The notes under the pieces were generated by a model that was not told the DNA's origin, ran no database searches, and saw nothing but the letters and a program-made list of their open reading frames with translations. From positions 3,344 through 67,343 of IMG/VR virus record IMGVR_UViG_3300029720_000418: a stretch of DNA of 64,000 bases; one strand, given 5' to 3'. Numbering within the stretch: position 1 is the stretch's first letter; each line of letters begins with the position of its first letter. A program made the translations under genes and the position numbers. This DNA is from a virus. This document shows, piece after piece, positions 53,014-62,488 of the stretch.

Positions 53014-55539
53014 ATGGCTAATTCGCCACGTATCACAGGTTTCGGAACGGTAGACCCCAAAGGAACTATGTTATATGCCACATGGTCGTGGCCATATGAC
53101 CATATCGACCATTTCGAAGTAAAATGGGAGTATAATATGGGCGCTGCCATAAATGATGATGGTAACGTAGTTTGGATTGTTGGAAATTCTGGAACTACAA
53201 CAGAGAAAACATCCACCTACAGTATACCTAGTGACGCAAGAGCAGTAAGGTTTAAGGTAAAACCAGTAGCACAAACGCATGAGGTAAACAAAGTTCAAGT
53301 TGCATATTGGAATGCTGATTGGTCTGTAGAAAAGACTTATTGGAATACACCAGAAGAAGAAAGAATTCAGGTGCCAGATGTTCCTACAGTATCAATTGAC
53401 AAGTATACGATCACAGCAAAAATTGGCGGTAAAGAATTGAATACCAATCGTGTTCAGTTTGAGCTTTGGGCACCGGGGTATTATCTTGACACATCTTACT
53501 CTCGTAAAACAGTTATGTTGCTTCAAGATAACGCAGCATCTTGTACATTCAACATAGTACCGGGATATATCTATAAAGTTAGATGTAGAAGTTTGAATGG
53601 TGATCTTGCAGCAAATTCTCCAATTATAGAAGACTGGTGCAGTGATTGGTCAGACTTTTCAGAAGAAATAAAATCTGCACCGGCCGCCTCTGGCGGAATA
53701 ACGACTTGCCGAGCGGAATCTGAAACTTCTGTATATCTTGTATGGTCGGCAGCCACGGGAGCGAAAACATACGAAATTGAATACTCACCGAATAAAGATT
53801 ACTTTGACAGGACAGATCAGACTACTAAACAATCAGGAATTGAAAATTCGTATTATTTGGTGGTTGGTCTGGAAACAGGACAGGAGTATTTCTTCAGAGT
53901 GAGAGCTGTTAATGACCAGGGTGAATCTGCGTGGTCTGGTGTAGTGTCTGTTGTAATAGGTAAGTCACCAGCCGCGCCGACCACATGGTCGTCGACTACC
54001 ACTTTAATTAGCGGTGAGAAATTGATGTTATATTGGGTTCATAATTCAGCGGATTCATCAAGTCAGACGTATGCCGAACTTGAGATAATAATCAATGGGA
54101 AAAAGCAAACTCAAACAATCAAGAATGATAGATCAGACGACGATAAGGATAAGACGAGCTCTTACGAGTTAGACACGTTAAGTTTAACCGAAGGCGCTAC
54201 AATACAATGGCGAGTTAGAACCGCAGGAGTCACAAATAAGTATGGAGATTGGTCAGTACAGCGAGAAATAAAAGTGTACGCTCCACCAACATTAAAGTTG
54301 AATTTATCAGATGCATACAACAATGATTTATCAATTCTTACTTCATTTCCGTTTCATATTTCTGGTATTGCGGGACCAAATACTCAAGTTCCAACAGGAT
54401 ATCATGTAACTATTAAAGCTATGAGTTCTTATGAGACTATCGATAACATCGGTAATCAGAGAATTGTGAGTGCCAATCAAGAGGTATTTTCTAAATTTTA
54501 TGATACTAAAACATCTCTTGATATTACACTTTCAGCGAATGATGTCGACCTGGTGAACAATGTTTCATATCGAGTTGAAGTGGTGGTATCTATGAACACG
54601 GGTCTTACATGTACAGAAACTCGCATCTTTCGGGTTCAATGGTTTGAATATGATTTGACACCAAATGCACAGATAACATTTGATAGTAAAACCATGTCCA
54701 CATACATCAATCCATATTGTGAAAGATATATGATCACAGCCTACCGAGTTGATTATTCGGAGGAAACGGGATACGAAAAGACAGAAGAAGAGGTTGAATT
54801 AGTCAGAACATTGTATCTTCCAACCAGAGAACGAACCACAACGGGTGAAGATGTGATGCGGGCTGTTTTAACAACAGGCGAAGAAGCATATGTTTGTTAT
54901 TCGGTCAAAAAGGAGCTGCCATCTAACTGTACATTATCCGTGTATAGACGCGAATTTGATGGTACGTTTACAGAGATAGAAACTGGACTTGATAATTCGA
55001 AAACAACGTATGCGACAGATCCACACCCATCATTGGATATAGCGAGATATAGAATCGTAGCCATATTAAAAGATACTGGTGCTGTTGGGTATTCGGATTT
55101 AACTGGGTATCCCATTGGCGAAAAGGCTGTAATTATACAGTGGGATGAGAAGTGGTCTTGGTTTGATACTGATGATGCAGGAGAATTAGCCACACCGCCT
55201 TGGTCTGGCTCCATGCTAAGGCTTCCTTATAATATAGATGTCTCTGATAAAAACAGTCCAGACAGTACATTGGTGAAGTATCAAGGACGAACTTCTCCGG
55301 TAAGTTATTACGGTACACAGGTAACAACATCATCTTCATGGAAGGTAGATATTCCTAAAACGGATAAGGAAACGTTATATGCCATAAGACGATTATCTAT
55401 ATGGAAAGGAGATGTCTATGTCCGAGAACCATCTGGAACAGGGTATTGGGCTAATATATCAGTATCATATAACGTAAACCATGATTCATTGGTCATTCCG
55501 GTGTCTTTTGAAATTACAAAGGTCGAAGGAGGAGTATAA
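53014..55539 (+). CDS. tail/baseplate protein with fibronectin type III domains (evolved distal-tail-protein candidate)
   Basis: Immediately follows the tape measure protein. FN3-like segments (SVYLVWSAATGAKTYEIEYS...YFFRVRAVNDQGESAWS). Confidence 0.6.
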   Translation: MANSPRITGFGTVDPKGTMLYATWSWPYDHIDHFEVKWEYNMGAAINDDGNVVWIVGNSGTTTEKTSTYSIPSDARAVRFKVKPVAQTHEVNKVQVAYWNADWSVEKTYWNTPEEERIQVPDVPTVSIDKYTITAKIGGKELNTNRVQFELWAPGYYLDTSYSRKTVMLLQDNAASCTFNIVPGYIYKVRCRSLNGDLAANSPIIEDWCSDWSDFSEEIKSAPAASGGITTCRAESETSVYLVWSAATGAKTYEIEYSPNKDYFDRTDQTTKQSGIENSYYLVVGLETGQEYFFRVRAVNDQGESAWSGVVSVVIGKSPAAPTTWSSTTTLISGEKLMLYWVHNSADSSSQTYAELEIIINGKKQTQTIKNDRSDDDKDKTSSYELDTLSLTEGATIQWRVRTAGVTNKYGDWSVQREIKVYAPPTLKLNLSDAYNNDLSILTSFPFHISGIAGPNTQVPTGYHVTIKAMSSYETIDNIGNQRIVSANQEVFSKFYDTKTSLDITLSANDVDLVNNVSYRVEVVVSMNTGLTCTETRIFRVQWFEYDLTPNAQITFDSKTMSTYINPYCERYMITAYRVDYSEETGYEKTEEEVELVRTLYLPTRERTTTGEDVMRAVLTTGEEAYVCYSVKKELPSNCTLSVYRREFDGTFTEIETGLDNSKTTYATDPHPSLDIARYRIVAILKDTGAVGYSDLTGYPIGEKAVIIQWDEKWSWFDTDDAGELATPPWSGSMLRLPYNIDVSDKNSPDSTLVKYQGRTSPVSYYGTQVTTSSSWKVDIPKTDKETLYAIRRLSIWKGDVYVREPSGTGYWANISVSYNVNHDSLVIPVSFEITKVEGGV

Positions 55540-56598
55540 ATGACTAATTGGTTAGAGTCGATGACTCAGACATTTGAGTATTATACTGTTGACCCAAATA
55601 CTTGGATGGATGACGAGCGGATGCGAAACGTGACTGCGTGTAAAATTACGCGAGACAGTACATCGGATACATTGGCGTCGGCTACATTTGATGTGAAGGA
55701 TTTCACTGGAGAGTGCTACATTCGAGTGTACCTTATTACAATTCAAAATGGAGAAAGATCGAAGTATCCATTAGGCACATTCTTAGTGCAAACCCCTTCG
55801 TCAGATTATGACGGAAAGGTGAGCACAGTATCTATGGATGCGTATTCCCCATTATTGGAATTATCTGAGAAAAAACCAGACATAGGATATTCGTTATTTA
55901 AAAACGATAACATCGTGGAAAATGCATATAGGATTGCCAGAAGCAATATGAGAGCCCCGGTTGTAAGAGTCGAAACAAACGACAAATTGACCGGGGATTT
56001 TGTTTCGTCAACGGATGATACATGGCTTGCATTTCTTTCCGATCTATTAAGCAATGCAAAATATGAATTGGATCTTGACGAGCTAGGAAAGGTACTGTTT
56101 GCACCAAAGCAAGAACTTGTTGCATTACAACCAGTATGGACATACAACGACGACAACAGTTCGATTTTATACCCGGAAGTAAGTTTGAGTCATGATTTGT
56201 ATGGGGTTCCAAATGTTGTAGAGGTTCTTTATTCGAGCGGTAATGACAATTACTATTCGAGAATCGTAAATGATGATGAAAACAGCCCCACATCAACAGT
56301 AAAACGAGGACGAGAAATTGTGTATCGTGAAACTTCACCGTCTTTTGCAGGTTCTCCTTCACAGGCTCAGGTCGATGAGTATGCTGAGAAACTATTGAAA
56401 AGCTTATCTTCGGTTGAATACACAGTGAGTTATACACATGCTTACTGTCCAGTCAGAGTTGGTGACTGTGTGCGACTGAATTATTCAAGAGCTGGATTGG
56501 AAAATGTAAAAGCTAAAGTGATAAGTCAATCAATAACATGCGAGAGCGGGTGCCCGGTATCCGAAAAAGCAGTATTTACAACAAATTTATGGAGGTGA
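55540..56598 (+). CDS. tail protein (Dit/Tal-N-terminal-like)
   Basis: ATG 1 nt after the previous stop. 352 aa. Assignment by position within the baseplate module. Confidence 0.5.
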   Translation: MTNWLESMTQTFEYYTVDPNTWMDDERMRNVTACKITRDSTSDTLASATFDVKDFTGECYIRVYLITIQNGERSKYPLGTFLVQTPSSDYDGKVSTVSMDAYSPLLELSEKKPDIGYSLFKNDNIVENAYRIARSNMRAPVVRVETNDKLTGDFVSSTDDTWLAFLSDLLSNAKYELDLDELGKVLFAPKQELVALQPVWTYNDDNSSILYPEVSLSHDLYGVPNVVEVLYSSGNDNYYSRIVNDDENSPTSTVKRGREIVYRETSPSFAGSPSQAQVDEYAEKLLKSLSSVEYTVSYTHAYCPVRVGDCVRLNYSRAGLENVKAKVISQSITCESGCPVSEKAVFTTNLWR

Positions 56599-56604
56599 TA
56601 AGTA

Positions 56605-59283
56605 GTGACATTGTCTAATGATTTGGCGAGTCAATTCGCAAAATTACTAAACGATGGCAACGATAAAAAGCCAAAAGAGACATCTATGTATGGAACATTT
56701 GTCGAGAGTGATAAAAAAAAATACGTGAAGTTGGATGGATCTGAGTTGCTTACTCCTGTAATACAGACTGCTGCGGCTAAGGATGGAGAGCGTGTCACGG
56801 TTACAGTAAAGAATCGTACTGCCGTTGTTACAGGAAACCTGTCGTCTCCCGCTGCTAGATTAGGAGACGTGGAAGATCTCTCAGCAAAAGTACTGTCTGT
56901 CGAAGAGCTCATGGCGAAGAAAGTATCAACTGATGAACTTGAGGCTACGATTGGTAGAATAGAAACTCTCGAAACTGACAATGCGACGATTAGAGATACT
57001 CTGACAGCTCAATCAGCAAAGATCGATGATCTCGAAGCTGATAATGCGACCATTAATGGCACTCTGACTGCTCAATCAGCAAAGATTGACAATCTCGAAA
57101 CAACTAAGCTTAGTGCAGAGATTGCTGAAATAACCTATGCAACAATCACGAATTTGGATGCAACAAATGTAGCGATACGTAATTTGAATGTTGATTATGG
57201 CAAGTTTAAAGATGCAACAGTTGAGTCGTTTAGGGCAACGGAAGCTTCTATTGAATCGTTAAATACAACGAAATTATCGGCAGAACAAGCAGATATTCGA
57301 TATGCAAATATTGATTTCTCGAATATTGGTAAGGCTGCGATTGAACAGTTCTATGCAACATCCGGCATTATTAAAGATTTGGTTATCGGAGATCAGACAG
57401 TCACGGGAGAATTGGTTGGCGTTACAATCAAGGGTGATCTGATTGAGGGTAATACCATTAAAGCAGATAAACTGGTGGTAAAGGGTTCTGACGGACTATA
57501 TTACAAGCTCAATGTATCTGCTGAGACCGTAGAAACAGAGCAGACAGATCAAAATAGCTTGAATGGAAACATTATCACGGCAAAGTCTATAACCGCTACT
57601 AAGATTAGCGTAGAAGATTTAGTCGCTTTCGATGCAACAATCGGCGGTTTTAATATCACCAACAACGCTATATATTCGGGAGTAAAAAGTTCTGTCGACA
57701 ACACAACAAGAGGAATCTATCAGGATAAGGATGGACAGATTGCTTTTGGCGATGGAGATAGTTTCCTAAAGTATTTTAAGGATAAAGACGGAAAATATAA
57801 GCTGGCAATATCAGCAGACAACATTAAATTTAGCGCAAGTAATAAAGATCTGGATACGGTGCTTGGTTCCACAATAACCAGTGCCATCGAGGAATTCTAT
57901 TTATCTAAATCGCCTACGTCATTATCTGGCGGATCATGGTCAAAAACACAGCCAACATGGACAGAAGGAAAGTATATATGGAGAAGAACTGCGGTAACAT
58001 ATGGAGATGGAAGTTCTGAATATATGCCATCGCCAAATGGTGTGTGCATTACTGGTAATACCGGAGCCAAAGGAGATACTGGTGAGGGTATCAAATCTAC
58101 GGCAGTAACATACCAAGCTGGAGCATCAGGAACTACGGTTCCAACTGGGACGTGGTCTGCGTCGATACCGGCTGCGGACACATCAAAGCCATATCTTTGG
58201 ACGAGGACAATTATTACCTACACTGATAATACGACATCTACATCATACAGTGTAGGTGCTACACCAGAAGGAATGGTTCAAAAGAAAAAGATTATTTCTG
58301 AAATCAACCAGTCGGCAGAGGAGATTTCGATCAAGGCTGAAAAAATCAGTCTCGAAGGTCTTGTCACTGCCAATCAGAATTTTAAGGTGCTGGAAGATGG
58401 CTCAATAGAGGCAGTTAATGGTAAGTTTACTGGCGAGATATATGCTACGAGCGGTAAATTCGAGGGCGAAATAGTCTCATCTAAGGCGACTATTACTGGC
58501 GGAAGTGTAAATATTACTAGCGATGGAAGTTATTCGGCATATATGACTATAACAGCCACTAATATACCTACTGGTTATGGTGAACATATGGGAACAGTTA
58601 CAACAAATATTGATGCCGGTGGAATGAAAATAACATCTGGTGATTTCTTATCCCATTATGGAGGTTTAGGGCTAGATGTAACTGAAGGAACTACAACGTA
58701 TTTTTCAGCAGGCCCCGACAGAACATATGCACTTGTATTAGAAACGCTTGAAGCGCATGTGACCGGTAACCTCACCGTCTCCGGAACAATCAATGGTGTG
58801 AAATGGAATTGGTCTGGACAAGGCGGACAGCCAAGCTGGTTGTGGGGCGGAAACGATGGTGCAAACATGTATGTATATAATCCATCGAACTTTAGCGTAA
58901 ATTATGCCAAATCTGCGAATTATGCTAATAGCGCAGGAGGTATTTCGGCTCCCATATATGGATATGACAAGAATGTTAATATTACTTGTGGAGGATGGAG
59001 CACGCCGGCTAGTGTGACACTTCCTGCCGGAACATATATCGGAATGGTGTTTGCAAAGATGTATGGAACTCCTGCGTCCAGAATGGTTATGGTTTTTTCA
59101 ACTAATAGTGGAGCTACTGATGCGGGGGCTTATATGTCAGATGATAATATGGATAGGGCATGCTGTAGTTCTCCGGTTGTTATAAACATCAGTGGTAACA
59201 CTAATTTTTATTTGAGGGTATACAACAGTATGTCAGGAGTTAGAGCATGTCATTGCGGGTGGTACTTAGTAAAAGTTAAATAA
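56605..59283 (+). CDS. tail fibre / receptor-binding protein
   Basis: GTG start after GGAGGTGA. Repeated coiled-coil units (DNATIxxTLTAQSAKIDxLE). Short collagen-like GNTGAKGDTGEG stretch. Beta-rich C-terminus. Confidence 0.6.
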   Translation: MTLSNDLASQFAKLLNDGNDKKPKETSMYGTFVESDKKKYVKLDGSELLTPVIQTAAAKDGERVTVTVKNRTAVVTGNLSSPAARLGDVEDLSAKVLSVEELMAKKVSTDELEATIGRIETLETDNATIRDTLTAQSAKIDDLEADNATINGTLTAQSAKIDNLETTKLSAEIAEITYATITNLDATNVAIRNLNVDYGKFKDATVESFRATEASIESLNTTKLSAEQADIRYANIDFSNIGKAAIEQFYATSGIIKDLVIGDQTVTGELVGVTIKGDLIEGNTIKADKLVVKGSDGLYYKLNVSAETVETEQTDQNSLNGNIITAKSITATKISVEDLVAFDATIGGFNITNNAIYSGVKSSVDNTTRGIYQDKDGQIAFGDGDSFLKYFKDKDGKYKLAISADNIKFSASNKDLDTVLGSTITSAIEEFYLSKSPTSLSGGSWSKTQPTWTEGKYIWRRTAVTYGDGSSEYMPSPNGVCITGNTGAKGDTGEGIKSTAVTYQAGASGTTVPTGTWSASIPAADTSKPYLWTRTIITYTDNTTSTSYSVGATPEGMVQKKKIISEINQSAEEISIKAEKISLEGLVTANQNFKVLEDGSIEAVNGKFTGEIYATSGKFEGEIVSSKATITGGSVNITSDGSYSAYMTITATNIPTGYGEHMGTVTTNIDAGGMKITSGDFLSHYGGLGLDVTEGTTTYFSAGPDRTYALVLETLEAHVTGNLTVSGTINGVKWNWSGQGGQPSWLWGGNDGANMYVYNPSNFSVNYAKSANYANSAGGISAPIYGYDKNVNITCGGWSTPASVTLPAGTYIGMVFAKMYGTPASRMVMVFSTNSGATDAGAYMSDDNMDRACCSSPVVINISGNTNFYLRVYNSMSGVRACHCGWYLVKVK

Positions 59284-59344
59284 TAAAGACCTTGGAGAGG
59301 GTCTATAAACACTACTACTTTATGAAGCGAGGAGTCAAAACATT

Positions 59345-59725
59345 ATGAAAAAATACATTACAACATTAAGCAAACTGTTTGATATTCGTCAGTTGATCGC
59401 CAATAATGGCATCTTAGATCTTGCGTTCTCGCGTAAGGCAGGACTGTCAGTTGCACGAAATATTAAGAAAATCGACAATGAACTTGCAGAGTATGACAAG
59501 TCTCGTGATGAGCTGATTCGAAAGTATTCTGATAACGGAGTTACTATGAACCGTTCGAATCCGAACTGGAACGAGTTCATCAAAGAGTTTAATGAGATCG
59601 GTTCAGTCGAAGCGTCATTGGAAATCAACATGATTACAGATGATGATCTGCCGGAGAACATTACGCCATCGGCATGCATGGCAATCGAATTCATGATCGA
59701 AGATCCAGTAGAAATTGTAGAATAG
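59345..59725 (+). CDS. hypothetical protein (126 aa)
   Basis: RBS GCGAGGAG. Confidence 0.5.
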   Translation: MKKYITTLSKLFDIRQLIANNGILDLAFSRKAGLSVARNIKKIDNELAEYDKSRDELIRKYSDNGVTMNRSNPNWNEFIKEFNEIGSVEASLEINMITDDDLPENITPSACMAIEFMIEDPVEIVE

Positions 59726-59738
59726 GGAGGAAGTCAAA

Positions 59739-60017
59739 ATGGATATTAAAGATTTTGTTATTATTATACCAATCATGGTTATTTGTTATCTTATCGGTAT
59801 GGGGCTTAAAGCATGGAGCTATGTGAATGATGTATGTATCCCGGTGTTAGTCGGAGCTATTGGCGGTGTTCTTGGTGTTGTCGCAATGTTTACAATGCCG
59901 AGTTTCCCAGCAAATGACATACTTACGGCAATTGCTATTGGTATTATGAGTGGGTTAGCGTCCACAGGAAGCAATCAGATTTACAAACAGTTACAGAAGT
60001 TTTTCAAAGGGGAGTAG
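59739..60017 (+). CDS. holin
   Basis: 92 aa with 2-3 TM segments and a charged C-terminus. RBS GGGAGGAAG. Located at the end of the late operon. Confidence 0.55.
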   Translation: MDIKDFVIIIPIMVICYLIGMGLKAWSYVNDVCIPVLVGAIGGVLGVVAMFTMPSFPANDILTAIAIGIMSGLASTGSNQIYKQLQKFFKGE

Positions 60018-60020
60018 TCG

Positions 60021-60323
60021 ATGATCAAATTCACAGTATCTTCAGACACGATACTCCTTATTTGCTCGTTGATAGCAGCCTTATGGGGGGTGTATAAAAT
60101 CGTGAAGGAAGTAAAGAAACCAAGTAAAGATTTACAGGAGACTGTAGATAAGCATTCAAAACTTCTTGATTCGGACAATGTTCGACTCAAGGAGGTTGAA
60201 GAATCCAACAAGATGATTCTACAATGCTTATTAGTAATAATCAATCACGATATTACAGGTAACGGAATCGACAATCTCAAAGACACAAGAGATAAGCTCC
60301 AGCAATATTTGATTGATAAGTAG
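60021..60323 (+). CDS. lysis-associated membrane protein (N-terminal TM + coiled coil)
   Basis: Tightly coupled to the holin gene. Topology resembles holin-associated or XhlA-like proteins. Confidence 0.45.
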   Translation: MIKFTVSSDTILLICSLIAALWGVYKIVKEVKKPSKDLQETVDKHSKLLDSDNVRLKEVEESNKMILQCLLVIINHDITGNGIDNLKDTRDKLQQYLIDK

Positions 60324-60335
60324 GGAGGTCGCATC

Positions 60336-60632
60336 ATGAATGAAATTAGTAAGAAGATTATTATGGATGAAATCAAGGGATTAATGAGTGGTATTTCAGC
60401 CATCGTTAGTTCTTCAGCAATGGTAGCAATGCCAATGGGGTATTCGAATGATTCAGCAGTAACAGTTTCAAGTGTTTCCGAAATTACTACAAAAGCAAAA
60501 AGTATTAAAGCTTACGTAGCTAAGATTGAGGAAAAGACAAAGCTCCTTGAAGAAGATTTAGCATTTGATAATACGGAAGTAGAATTCGATCAGACAAGCA
60601 CCGAGGATTTAACATCTGAATCAAACAAATAA
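60336..60632 (+). CDS. hypothetical protein (98 aa)
   Basis: RBS GGGAGGTCG. This is the last gene before the terminator at 60641-60675. Confidence 0.45.
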   Translation: MNEISKKIIMDEIKGLMSGISAIVSSSAMVAMPMGYSNDSAVTVSSVSEITTKAKSIKAYVAKIEEKTKLLEEDLAFDNTEVEFDQTSTEDLTSESNK

Positions 60633-60640
60633 CAAAGACA

Positions 60641-60675
60641 AAGGCTCCGTCATATCGACAGGGCCTTTTCTTTTT
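60641..60675 (+). terminator. terminator at the end of the late/lysis operon
   Basis: AAGGCTCCGTCATATCGACAGGGCCTT followed by TTCTTTTT. Confidence 0.55.
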
Positions 60676-60835
60676 ACTAATGTTTAGTTTCAAGTAATGG
60701 CAATAAAAAGCGGTTTATTTGACCATTATTTGACACTTTATACCGTATAAATGGCTTAAAACCTAGACTTTCTGTTTCTGTTGAGGAAGCAGCAAAGGCT
60801 GGAAAGTTCTAGAGACAATGAGCCGTGCATAACGG

Positions 60836-60895
60836 ATAAAAAAATGGCTGGTCAAGCTTGCTTGAAACCAGTCATTTTTTTATCCGTTTATATAG
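60836..60895. repeat. long inverted repeat / stem-loop (~20-bp arms)
   Basis: CGGATAAAAAAATGGCTGGT ... ACCAGTCATTTTTTTATCCG, with one mismatch. Confidence 0.6.
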
Positions 60896-61065
60896 GGCGA
60901 ATGCCCGAGACCGACTCGAAGCGAAGCGCAGAGGAGGTTGCACGGCGAATGATTTCCTGTTTATTTTTTATTCTAAGTATTCTCTAAGCCATTCCACAAC
61001 GTTTGCCGTGTATGTGGATTCGGTTATATCTTGTATATTATTTTCCACAAAATGTAAATCTGGGC

Positions 61066-61380
61066 TCGCGGGAGAGAAATTAAGCGGAAAAACCCACGAC
61101 GTGGGCGTAGGCGGAGAAAAGCAAGCAGAAAAACCCAAACCGGAAGCTAATCGGAAAGATACGGAGATGAAGCTGGGTGTGAGGGAGAGAAATTAAGCAG
61201 AACCCCCCACGATATGGGCGTAGGTGGAGAAAAGCAAGCAGAAAAACCCAAACCGGAAACTGATCGGAAAGATACGGAGATGAAACTGGGTGTGAGGGAG
61301 AGAAATTAAGCAGAAAAACCCACGACGTGGGCGTAGGCGGAGAAAAGCAAGCAAGAAAACCCAAACAGGAAATTAATATA
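61066..61380. repeat. ~115-bp tandem repeat, about 2.7 copies, each with a CCCACGACGTGGG hairpin
   Basis: Units begin near 61071, 61183 and 61296 (GGGAGAGAAATTAAGC...GGCGTAGGCGGAGAAAAGCAAGCAGAAAAACCCAAACCGGAA...). Confidence 0.65.
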
Positions 61381-61522
61381 GTAAATATCTGGAAATCAGG
61401 GTTGAAATCATATCCATGACAGAAGAAAATTACACATTGTTATTTCCATATATGTATGATAGTGTTAAAATGAATGAAAGAATTTTACAACAATCCTTTG
61501 TATATTTGGGAGGAGGGAAAAT

Positions 61523-62233
61523 ATGTCATTAAAGTTAAAAGATGAGGATTCCACAAAACGCATGAAAGATATGCAGGAAGAATTAAAAGATCCTTCACTG
61601 GGGGAGTTTAGCGATTTAGAACAGGATCCATATGTCATTGAATCCAAAAGGACAACTCCAATCGATAAGCCTGTTTATCAACCGGATGGAAAGCTTTCAT
61701 CTGCAATAGATAGAAATCCATATATTTTGTCAGAGGAAAAACAAGCGCGAATCTTTGGAGAAGATTTAGGTGACAAAGAAATAAGAAAAAAGTCCGTCCG
61801 TAAGGAAGTGATGATAGTTATGTTTGTCGGGCTGGCTTTGTTGTTCGCGGGACTTGCGGCATATGTACATAATGATCTGTTTTTAAGAAAAGCTGAGACC
61901 GTACCAGGTATTGTAACAGAAAAACGTATGCATAGAAATCATGCAACTTGCACCATCTTTGTGGATTATGAAGTAGATGGAAAAACATATAATGAGATAT
62001 ATGTGGGTGATGGACATGATATGCAGATAGGGCAGAAGGTAACGGTATATTATGATCCGGAGAAACCAACCAAAATAACGGATGGAAGGAAAATCCCGAC
62101 AATGTCTGTCTATCTTGTTATAATAGGAGGGGCTTTGTTCCTGATAGGCGGTTATCTCGTATTCTGGATGAACCAGAATCCTGACAAGGGAATTGAGATT
62201 TATAACAGGATATTCAAGAAGCGTGACAAATAA
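61523..62233 (+). CDS. DUF3592-like membrane protein (host-like)
   Basis: Two TM helices flank a beta domain (GIVTEKRM....CTIFVDYEVDGKTY....VGQKVTVYYDPEKP). RBS GGGAGGAGGG. Confidence 0.55.
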   Translation: MSLKLKDEDSTKRMKDMQEELKDPSLGEFSDLEQDPYVIESKRTTPIDKPVYQPDGKLSSAIDRNPYILSEEKQARIFGEDLGDKEIRKKSVRKEVMIVMFVGLALLFAGLAAYVHNDLFLRKAETVPGIVTEKRMHRNHATCTIFVDYEVDGKTYNEIYVGDGHDMQIGQKVTVYYDPEKPTKITDGRKIPTMSVYLVIIGGALFLIGGYLVFWMNQNPDKGIEIYNRIFKKRDK

Positions 62234-62488
62234 ACAGAATCTGTGTGTAATAGAAGAAGTTTTGTAAAACTTTAAACTATAAGTACATAGATAATTAATC
62301 GATTCCTTAATGAAAAATGCATTATTGTACAGAAAATGTACGAAAAATGCAGAAAAATGTAATAGTGATTTTCACACATACATGGTACAATATTGAATAG
62401 ATGCAGGAATGTGAATTTTGCACCAAAGAAAATATGCGATCTGAGTCGCATAGCAATCAATTAACTTGTTGTTAGGGAGGGTTTTTGT

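Noticed and set aside
60781-61196. ORFs 60781-60987 and 60858-61196 in the terminal repeat region
   Set aside because: They span the long inverted repeat and the tandem repeats. They have no RBS and low coding character.
61066-61380. Tandem repeats that look like a possible CRISPR array
   Set aside because: The units are ~115 bp with no short unique spacers between conserved repeats. There are 2.7 near-identical copies. This is a minisatellite-type repeat, not CRISPR.
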